A DNA stretch of 64,000 nucleotides. Source: Candidatus Enterousia sp. (lineage in GTDB: Bacteria; Pseudomonadota; Alphaproteobacteria; Rs-D84). A model generated the notes under the pieces. The model was not told where the DNA came from, did not search any database, and worked only from the letters and a program-made list of their open reading frames with translations. The stretch's first letter is position 1, and the number at the start of each line of letters is the position of its first letter. Of this stretch, positions 1-8,081 are shown piece after piece. Both the position numbers and the translations under genes were made by a program. The stretch is taken from the NCBI GenBank assembly GCA_045654485.1, contig JAZONN010000016.1, positions 5,176 through 69,175 of the forward strand. Reading direction: 5' to 3'.

Positions 1-66
1 CTACTTGTTTTTTGAGTTATTTTATAATAACATAATTACCGATATACAAACATACAGGAAAGAGAT

Positions 67-693
67 ATGAAAAAAATCCACAAATTGCTTTATTCTATAT
101 TTGCGTTTATTGTCTGCCGTGAAGCACATGCTGCGTATACACAATGCAAAGTCGTCACATCCCCATCAAGCGGAATTAGCTTGGGTTCTTATACGCCTAC
201 AGGCGGAACCACTAACTGTACAAGCACAAGTACATTTTACAGAGAACCAGTAGGGTACACCGGTTATGTTAAATACACAACCTGCAACTCTTGCAAAACT
301 GGTTTCAAACAAGTAAGCGAAGTACATTCGACTGCATGCCCTTCGATAACCTTAACAGGTTGCCAAGAATGTAAAGAACCATGCACTAATTGCACATCAC
401 AATCTTGGACAACCACAAACACAAAATACCAAAAAAGAGTTGTTGCATCCTGCGACAAGTGTAGTGGAAGTTGCACAAAAACAACGTCATATCGTTGCGC
501 CGACGGGTATTATGGCAGTCCAACCAGCACATCTGCAGGATGTACTGATTGTCCAACAGCAAACAGTTTAAAAGGAACTAGTGTCGCCGGCTACAACACC
601 GCAAACACTGACTGTTTCTATGAAAGTGGTGATACCGTCTATGCCACAGAAGGGGCATGGGAATACACCAAAAATTGCTTTTATTCAAGTTAA
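67..693 (+). CDS. Secreted cysteine-rich, Thr/Ser-rich protein with repeated CxxC motifs (laminin-EGF / furin-repeat / protist surface-antigen-like)
   Basis: N-terminal signal-like segment MKKIHKLLYSIFAFIVCREAHA. Five CxxC pairs (CNSC, CQEC, CTNC, CDKC, CTDC) and CADGYYG...GCTDCP. AGGAAAGAG RBS upstream of the ATG. Hairpin terminator directly after the stop. Confidence 0.6.
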   Translation: MKKIHKLLYSIFAFIVCREAHAAYTQCKVVTSPSSGISLGSYTPTGGTTNCTSTSTFYREPVGYTGYVKYTTCNSCKTGFKQVSEVHSTACPSITLTGCQECKEPCTNCTSQSWTTTNTKYQKRVVASCDKCSGSCTKTTSYRCADGYYGSPTSTSAGCTDCPTANSLKGTSVAGYNTANTDCFYESGDTVYATEGAWEYTKNCFYSS

Positions 694-719
694 AAAACCG
701 GCAAAAGCCGGTTTTTTTT
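692..719. terminator. Bidirectional hairpin terminator between convergent genes (A6-CCGGCAAAAGCCGG-T8)
   Basis: Perfect 5-bp GC stem flanked by an A-run and a T-run, between the stop of 67..693 (+) and the stop of 718..5337 (-). Confidence 0.75.
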
Positions 720-3700
720 AACCACCAATATTTCCATCCGATTTGGAAACATATCTTTCGTCAATACCAAATCGCTTCAAATCATCCCGTTGTTTAACAA
801 TATTACCCAATTCGGATTGGCCCATATCCAACCGGTCTGCAATTTTATCCCTTGATTGCACATTATATCGAACGGTAATTGGATTTGTTTTACCCCCCGA
901 TTTAAACATATACTTGGCTATATCAACCAACATATTATCAATAACCGCACGTGCGCCAATTGTTGTTAACACGGTCTTGCTAACCACCCCCGATCGCACA
1001 ACGGCCGAAATAATATTTTGCATATCTTCACCCGTCAAACGCCTACTTTCTTGGATAATATTACCATTTTCATCTTTGATTTCTTTTTGATATTCAACAA
1101 TATCAGACAAAGCGGTTAATCCACGTTTTACCCCATCGATATATGTTGAATTTGCCCCGAATCTTTGTGTAAATTTATCATTTGATTCACGCATTAATAC
1201 TTCGGACAAATCTTTGCCATTCTTAATAGATTCAACCATATCGCACAACAACATACCCAACATAACTTTTTCTGAAACATTTGGTTTTTTTTCCATTTGC
1301 GCACCGGTATCAAATATCCCAATCACAAAGTCACGAAATGCATGATTATAGAAATTTTGTTGACCTTGGTGTCGGTCTGTATCCCATTGTTTTCCCGCCA
1401 ACAATATACACAATTCCAACGTCACATACGCAACCGCAAAATCGTGTTTTTCTTCCGGCGTCCAATCATCTGTACTCAAAGATTTTCCCGCCGCCATTTC
1501 CATAACCTTGAATGCCGTACCAACCGGTGTTTTTCCATACGTTATCCAACGTGCAACATCCGGTGAATAATCACCCGTTTGGGTCGACACAGTTAAATTT
1601 TCATATAAATCCACGGCCTTTAAATATTTTGCATAATCTTCATCAATATTTATTTCTGCAATTGCAGATGTATATGCCTGATGCACAACTTTGGTCAAAG
1701 GTTTATATTTTTGATTTTTTTCAACGATTTCGGCAATTGTATTTTTAATCATATCCATACCGGTTATGGTTAAATTTTCAACATTTGGTCGCATTAACCC
1801 AACAACACATTCTATACCATCATACATAATTTTTGCCGTCACATAAAAAGAACCTGCCCCCAAAACTTCACCAACATGCGTTATTTTTGCTTTTACATCT
1901 GCCGGCAAAGTTATATCAATCATTTGATACAAATCATATCGTGATGGTATTGCGGCCTTGTCACGCAAATGTGATAATTCTTTACGAATATCTGAATCCA
2001 AATTCGGCATATAAGACAACAATTGTCCAAATTTAATAAACGCCGGCCCTTTGTTCTGCAGAAACATTTTAAGTCCCTGCCCCATGGCCTGACCTTCGGT
2101 CATATTATTATTTTTATCACGTTGTCCCGCACAAATAATCGCAGATATAATTAAATCACGTTCATAATCCGACAAATTATTATAAAGTGCATTAATAATC
2201 AATTCGGCATCATTACGATATTTAGAATCCTTTTCAAAAAACATATCAACCAACATATTTATCTTTTCTTGTTTGGTACGATATGCAGAATTCAATAAAC
2301 GATTAATAACAACCGCCCTTAATTCCAAACCCGCAGACCAAAAATTTTCATGCAACATCATAAACATTTGCTTGTTTGCATACATATTTACAACACTATT
2401 CAACTGCAATTCTTTAATCCCCCCATCACCCAGCAAACGTTCATAGCTTTCGTCTGTAAATCTTTCCGACAAAAACTTAATCATACTTGATGCATGTTTG
2501 GGATTTTTTGCCAATACGGACAGCAACATTTCCGCCCCACGCCCATAATCATCATACCTTTCGGCCATATCCCCAGACACCGGAACGATTTTTGCATCCT
2601 CTAATAATTCGGCAACTTTTTGCTGTGCAACTATTTTATCTGTAAACTTACGCACAAAACTGTTTGCAACCATACGTGAAAAAACATTATCGGAATCACC
2701 TTTTATCAAATCAACAACCGGTTGCAAATTTTCAACATACCGGCGTGTTCCATTATCACGCCCCAGATGCTTTGCCCAATATCCTGCATAAAAATCGATT
2801 AGTTTTTCACGTTCTGTGACAAACTCTAAATCATTATTTCTGTCAACCAATAACTTTCGCAACAAAATATCATGAACAATCTTAACATTTTTTTGATATT
2901 CATCCGAATTAACATCACGCACACTTGTTAATTTATCAACAATAATTTTGATATATTTATTTTTATTTGCCGTTTTCCCATAAAACAAATCATTTTTCAA
3001 CATGTTTTGAAACATACTGATTTGATTATCCAAGGGTTCTATTTCAAAAGATTTATTTTCATCCATATATTTTGCAAGTAAATTTTGCATTACATTACTA
3101 TAAGGCGTACGCAAATAAGGCAAAAATTTTTTTACATCAAATTTATAACCTGACAAAATATAGTTAAAAAATACAAATGTACCAATCCCCCTTCCCAATG
3201 AAATCCTGCGACCATCAACCGCACTTTTAACATTATACGCAGTAAAAAAAGTTAACAATTCTTCTTCTGTTTGTGGTTCTTTTACCCCCCAACGTTTCAT
3301 AATGTTTTTTAAAATTTGCGATTTTTTATTTTCTTCGAATTCATCTAAAATCGCATCTTCTAATACACACCAACTATCATTACCTGTATTAACCAGCGCA
3401 TCATTCTGCGATGCCACTATTGCAATTTTTTGCTGCTCTTTTTTTGCAATATCACGAAACAGATCACGTTCTTTGTTTACAATATCCCCTAAATAATTAT
3501 CATACTTTTTTCCATTTAATATTTCACGTGGCTTAAATAAAGTCCCACTTAACAACTTAAAAACTTCATTATATTCATACCATACATTAACACTGCATTC
3601 TGTATATCCGTGTTCGTTTTTATGTGCCTTTGTTGCATTTATATATTCTGAATATTTTGCATATGCACGTGCCGCCATAAACAGCAATTCTTTTACAACA

Positions 3701-5337
3701 CATCCCGATGTAAATGCCGCCAATTTATCTGCAACATCAAAATCTTTACAGCCCCTATTATTTACCAAACACTGAACCAGAGTATTATTTTGTATAACAT
3801 TATTAAACAATGGTGTTTTATAAAATTCGGATAAGAATTCTTTGGCGCGCTTACTTTTATTAATCAATTCTGGATTGGGAAACTTAAAAAAACCATCAAT
3901 CAAATCTTCTTTCGATTTTTTCCGTTCCATACCTTTGGTTATTTCTATATATTCTTGTACAGATATTTCACCAATATCCAATCTGCGCAAAGTATCCAAC
4001 AGTTTTATTTTTTCGGCAATTCTGCCTTCATATTTTTCAAATTCCACATCATATACGATTTTTTTTACATCATCACCATATGCCATAACAATGTCGCCAT
4101 CAAACAGATATTTATCCATTTGAACATTTGGTTTTGAATACCGTCCACCATCCCCCAGATAACTGCAAAACTCCCGTATTTTCCCAGATTTATATGACGC
4201 CATCTGAACCCAAGGCAATTTTTTTCCCACATTATCCACCCCAAGTCCCTTGAACTCGGGCCACTTTAATCTAAATTCATCAATATAAGGTTTTATTTTT
4301 GCATATTCTTGTAAACATATATCGGCATAATATTCCGCCTGTTTTTCATCATATGCACTATCTATAAACTTTTGTATATTTTCCGCATGTTGCTTAAACG
4401 GGCCAAACAATTCTTTTGACAAATTCATTGCCCTAAATACAGAATTTGCATATTTATTATCACTGTTATAAAAGAACAAAAATATATCTCGGCATATCGT
4501 CAAATCTTCATTGGTCAAAGACGATATAAAATACATTCCTGTTAAAATATTTACAAATGATTTAGACCGCGCATCTGTTATTAACGGTCCTTGTATTTTT
4601 AATTGTTGAATAAAAAATCGTAAAACCTCTGTTCGATTTCCATTCCCAAATACATCATAACCAAATTTATTGTATAATTCACGCAACCAAAAATCACAGG
4701 TCAATTCCCTTAAGCCCACTATTTCATCAACAACCGCACGGAACGATGCATCTTTGGTTTCTGGGACTGGGAAAACCCCTTTTTCATTTGAAATTTTTGT
4801 TAAATACGCTTTGACATCATCGATACGCATTGCATCATTACCATGCACATCCAATGTTGCATCTGTATATGACACTTTGCCAAATATTTTTTTATATGTA
4901 TTTAATATTGCAACCGGATTGTATCCACCATTAATCAGTAAATCAACCGCATACAAATCCGCCCCACGTTCTTGGAATATAGAATTTTTTCCACCCAACA
5001 AATGTTTCCATATATAATGTCCACATTCATGTGCCATAACAGCGGCCAATTCTTCTTCGGTACTCAAAGACCTTAACAAAGCCAAAGAAACCGAAATTAA
5101 ATTTTTTCCATTTTGTGTTTTATCACCTGAAATAAAGAAAGCATTTTTACCATTATCAAAAGTCATAAATTCAAAATCTGCAACATCGATACCCAATCCA
5201 CGCACCATTTTTGCAAAGATTGGACGCATTAACATATCAACCAACTGATTGGTTTTACTGTCATTTGGGAACATATATAACGCTTCCATATGTTCTTGGC
5301 TTAAAATCGGTTTTTTATTCATTTTGTTCTCTGACAT
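718..5337 (-). CDS. Giant protein (1,539 aa): N-terminal M48-type Zn-peptidase domain, about 700 aa unknown region, C-terminal divergent UbiB/ABC1 kinase-like domain
   Basis: AAVMAHECGHYIWKH (HExxH encoded at 5017..5031) plus QERGADLYAV. C-terminal GPAFIKFGQLLSYMPNLDSDIRKELSHLRDKAAIP, LGAGSFYVTAKI, WDTDRHQGQQNF and IFDTGAQ are collinear with UbiB/ABC1 signatures. Uninterrupted 4.6-kb ORF. Confidence 0.85.
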   Translation of the reverse strand: MSENKMNKKPILSQEHMEALYMFPNDSKTNQLVDMLMRPIFAKMVRGLGIDVADFEFMTFDNGKNAFFISGDKTQNGKNLISVSLALLRSLSTEEELAAVMAHECGHYIWKHLLGGKNSIFQERGADLYAVDLLINGGYNPVAILNTYKKIFGKVSYTDATLDVHGNDAMRIDDVKAYLTKISNEKGVFPVPETKDASFRAVVDEIVGLRELTCDFWLRELYNKFGYDVFGNGNRTEVLRFFIQQLKIQGPLITDARSKSFVNILTGMYFISSLTNEDLTICRDIFLFFYNSDNKYANSVFRAMNLSKELFGPFKQHAENIQKFIDSAYDEKQAEYYADICLQEYAKIKPYIDEFRLKWPEFKGLGVDNVGKKLPWVQMASYKSGKIREFCSYLGDGGRYSKPNVQMDKYLFDGDIVMAYGDDVKKIVYDVEFEKYEGRIAEKIKLLDTLRRLDIGEISVQEYIEITKGMERKKSKEDLIDGFFKFPNPELINKSKRAKEFLSEFYKTPLFNNVIQNNTLVQCLVNNRGCKDFDVADKLAAFTSGCVVKELLFMAARAYAKYSEYINATKAHKNEHGYTECSVNVWYEYNEVFKLLSGTLFKPREILNGKKYDNYLGDIVNKERDLFRDIAKKEQQKIAIVASQNDALVNTGNDSWCVLEDAILDEFEENKKSQILKNIMKRWGVKEPQTEEELLTFFTAYNVKSAVDGRRISLGRGIGTFVFFNYILSGYKFDVKKFLPYLRTPYSNVMQNLLAKYMDENKSFEIEPLDNQISMFQNMLKNDLFYGKTANKNKYIKIIVDKLTSVRDVNSDEYQKNVKIVHDILLRKLLVDRNNDLEFVTEREKLIDFYAGYWAKHLGRDNGTRRYVENLQPVVDLIKGDSDNVFSRMVANSFVRKFTDKIVAQQKVAELLEDAKIVPVSGDMAERYDDYGRGAEMLLSVLAKNPKHASSMIKFLSERFTDESYERLLGDGGIKELQLNSVVNMYANKQMFMMLHENFWSAGLELRAVVINRLLNSAYRTKQEKINMLVDMFFEKDSKYRNDAELIINALYNNLSDYERDLIISAIICAGQRDKNNNMTEGQAMGQGLKMFLQNKGPAFIKFGQLLSYMPNLDSDIRKELSHLRDKAAIPSRYDLYQMIDITLPADVKAKITHVGEVLGAGSFYVTAKIMYDGIECVVGLMRPNVENLTITGMDMIKNTIAEIVEKNQKYKPLTKVVHQAYTSAIAEINIDEDYAKYLKAVDLYENLTVSTQTGDYSPDVARWITYGKTPVGTAFKVMEMAAGKSLSTDDWTPEEKHDFAVAYVTLELCILLAGKQWDTDRHQGQQNFYNHAFRDFVIGIFDTGAQMEKKPNVSEKVMLGMLLCDMVESIKNGKDLSEVLMRESNDKFTQRFGANSTYIDGVKRGLTALSDIVEYQKEIKDENGNIIQESRRLTGEDMQNIISAVVRSGVVSKTVLTTIGARAVIDNMLVDIAKYMFKSGGKTNPITVRYNVQSRDKIADRLDMGQSELGNIVKQRDDLKRFGIDERYVSKSDGNIGG

Positions 5338-5346
5338 ATCATGCGT

Positions 5347-5361
5347 ATTATATCAAAAAAA
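5347..5361 (-). promoter_or_regulatory. Putative promoter element TTTTTTTGATATAAT (contains TATAAT) upstream of the giant gene 718..5337
   Basis: Plus strand reads ATTATATCAAAAAAA. The identical 15-mer recurs at 10004..10018 upstream of the paralogue. TATAAT lies only 9 nt from the annotated ATG. Confidence 0.4.
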
Positions 5362-5386
5362 ACCGACAAATGTCGGTTTTTTTTTT
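5355..5386 (-). terminator. Hairpin terminator after the split paralogue (A8-CCGACAAATGTCGG-T10)
   Basis: 6-bp stem with flanking A and T runs. Overlaps the stop codon of ORF 5385..8081. Confidence 0.7.
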
Positions 5387-8081
5387 ATACCAAAGACACG
5401 CCACCCCCATCTATTTCTCCGGCTTTTGCTTTCAGACCCAATGGCAAACGTTTGGCTTTTTCTGCCATAATTTGTTCTATCTCTATTTGTGCCTTCTTTA
5501 TATTGCTGGCCGCTTCAACAGAAATATCTGCCCCCGAATATTGTAATTGTATTGGATTTTCTATCTGTCCTTCTACTGTTTCTGGCGATTTAATTTTTAA
5601 TCCGGCCCGCCACAGCATCAATTTATCCAATATTGCACGTGTCACAACGGTTTTAGTAACGGTTTTATCAATAACCCCCGACTGATACAATGCCGAAACA
5701 ATATTTTCCAAATCCGTCGCATTTAATGTCTTGGCCGTACGAACAACGTTACCATATTCATCTTTTTCTTCTTTTTGGTATTCAATAATATCTGACAAAG
5801 CCGTCAATCCACGTTGAACCCCATCGATATATGCGGTATCCAAACCAAACTTACCTGCAACATTATCAATATTACGTATTGATTTTACCAACACGTCACC
5901 AACACCACGACCACGTTTTGCACCAACCGCCAATTCATACAGCAAATGCCCTAACATTACCTTATCAACCTTACCAGGTTCAGATTTCATTTGTGCGCCG
6001 GTATCAAATATCCCGATACAAAAATCACGAAATCCATCATTGGCAAAGTTCTGCTGACCTTGATGTCTGTCTGTATCCCATTTTTCACCCGACAACAACA
6101 ATGCCAATTCCAAAGTCACATATGCGATTGCAAATTCACGTTTTTGTTCATCCGACCATTCCGAACTTGTCAAAGAATGCCCATCTGCCATTTCCATAAT
6201 TTTATATGCATTTTGTCCATTATTTGCCGCCCCATACGCCAACCATTTTGCAACATCTGGAGAATAAGTCGCATCACCAACCGTCACAGAATATTTTTCA
6301 TAAACACTTTTGGCGTGCATATATTTTGCATGGTCTTGTTCGATATCAATTTCCGAATATGCTGATTCTCGTGCTTGATTAAGAATATTTTTCAAAGGCG
6401 CATATTTTTTATCCGCTTTTACCAAATCGTTAATTGTGTTTGAAATCATTTTAACACCAGATTCTGTTAAATCGTGTGCAAATGGTCTCATTAATGCGAT
6501 AACACAATCACGTCCATCATATTTAACCTGCACAGTGACAAAGAAAGACCCCGCCCCCAACACACGATCAACGTGTTCGATTTTGGCCATTTCTGATTCT
6601 GGTAATGCACCACGCATAATATCAAACAATTCATCACGATTTGGAATATTTGCTTTATCACGTAACTTTGCCAATTCTGCACGAATATCCGAATCCAAAG
6701 TCGGCAAATAAGACAACAATTGACCAAATTTGATATATGCCGGTCCTTTGTTTTGCAAAAACATTTTCAATCCCTGTCCAACGGCCTGACCACCCGACAT
6801 ATTGCTATTTTTATCACGTTGTCCCGCAGATGCCAAAGCCGCCAAAATCAAATTTCGTTCATAACTTTGCAGGTTTTTATACACCGTATTTATCACCAAA
6901 GTTGCATCTTTATAATATTCTGATTTTTCATCAAAATACATATTAATGACCAACTTTAACTTATCTTCATCTTTTGAAGAATATGCCCCCAACAATCGAT
7001 TCATCATATATGCCCGTATCGGCAAATCAGCACCCCAGAAATTTTCATGAACCATCATCAAATCTGACCTGTTAATCACCCCTTGGTACGTTTCACCCAC
7101 ATTGGCATTCATGTATTTCAAAGTATCATCTAATGATTCTTGTGTTAATTTATTACTTAAAAAATCAATCATTTTAACGGCGGCTTCTTGATTCCGTGCC
7201 AACGCCCCAAACATCGCTTCGGCAACTCTTATTGCTTTGTCGTTTTTTTGTGCCTCTGTCACATCTAATTGTGAAACAGATGCCATCATTTTTGCGGCCT
7301 TTTCTTGGGCAACAACCTTATTTGAAACCCTGTCCATAATTTGTTTTTTTATTACCTGGGAAAAATCGACTTTATATTCTTTGGATGGATGTTCAATAAA
7401 ATCTATAAAGTTTTTAATCTTATCTAAATATATTTCCGACCCATCGTCCAATCCCAATTTTTCGGCCCAATATGTTGTATAAAAATCAATTAACTTTTCA
7501 CGTTCATTAAAGAATGTTAAATCATTATCTTGATTTTTCCCATATTCTGTCACCGCCGCACGTGTTAAGATTTTTTCTGCATATGAAATCGCAACACTGT
7601 CGGTCACAGGCCGTGCAACAATTTGATTAACAATCTTTCTTATATATTCATTTTGATTTGCATATCTGTTTGAAAAAAGTTTTTTTGATTGCATATATTC
7701 ATAGAAACATATTTGTTCATACAACATCAAAGAATCAAATTGTTCATACGATATATTTTTTGCCCATATATCTGATATAATTTCTTGTTTTCCAAAATCT
7801 GATAATTTATCTATATCAATCAAATCGATTATATCCATCAAATTTATACGAACACCATGTCTTAAATAATCCGTTAATAAAACTAATTTTAACTCTTTTG
7901 TATTATATAAATCTCTATATGCACGCTGATTTATTTGATTAAACAAATTCTTTAATTCTATATCATCTTTGATATTTCCATTATATCCCAATTGGGTTCT
8001 TATATTTATTAAATACTGTGATTCCTCACCCAATTTAAATTCACCAAAAACACTATATGGAACTCTCTCTTTAAATGCCAC
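5385..8081 (-). CDS. C-terminal portion of the second giant paralogue (UbiB/ABC1 kinase-like domain), separated from its N-terminal part by a frame disruption
   Basis: GPAYIKFGQLLSYLPTLDSDIRAELAKLRDKANIP, LGAGSFFVTVQV, WDTDRHQGQQNF and IFDTGAQ. Long identical blocks with 718..5337. The listed start is GTG, and the frame stays open upstream to 8132. Confidence 0.8.
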   Translation of the reverse strand: MAFKERVPYSVFGEFKLGEESQYLINIRTQLGYNGNIKDDIELKNLFNQINQRAYRDLYNTKELKLVLLTDYLRHGVRINLMDIIDLIDIDKLSDFGKQEIISDIWAKNISYEQFDSLMLYEQICFYEYMQSKKLFSNRYANQNEYIRKIVNQIVARPVTDSVAISYAEKILTRAAVTEYGKNQDNDLTFFNEREKLIDFYTTYWAEKLGLDDGSEIYLDKIKNFIDFIEHPSKEYKVDFSQVIKKQIMDRVSNKVVAQEKAAKMMASVSQLDVTEAQKNDKAIRVAEAMFGALARNQEAAVKMIDFLSNKLTQESLDDTLKYMNANVGETYQGVINRSDLMMVHENFWGADLPIRAYMMNRLLGAYSSKDEDKLKLVINMYFDEKSEYYKDATLVINTVYKNLQSYERNLILAALASAGQRDKNSNMSGGQAVGQGLKMFLQNKGPAYIKFGQLLSYLPTLDSDIRAELAKLRDKANIPNRDELFDIMRGALPESEMAKIEHVDRVLGAGSFFVTVQVKYDGRDCVIALMRPFAHDLTESGVKMISNTINDLVKADKKYAPLKNILNQARESAYSEIDIEQDHAKYMHAKSVYEKYSVTVGDATYSPDVAKWLAYGAANNGQNAYKIMEMADGHSLTSSEWSDEQKREFAIAYVTLELALLLSGEKWDTDRHQGQQNFANDGFRDFCIGIFDTGAQMKSEPGKVDKVMLGHLLYELAVGAKRGRGVGDVLVKSIRNIDNVAGKFGLDTAYIDGVQRGLTALSDIIEYQKEEKDEYGNVVRTAKTLNATDLENIVSALYQSGVIDKTVTKTVVTRAILDKLMLWRAGLKIKSPETVEGQIENPIQLQYSGADISVEAASNIKKAQIEIEQIMAEKAKRLPLGLKAKAGEIDGGGVSLV

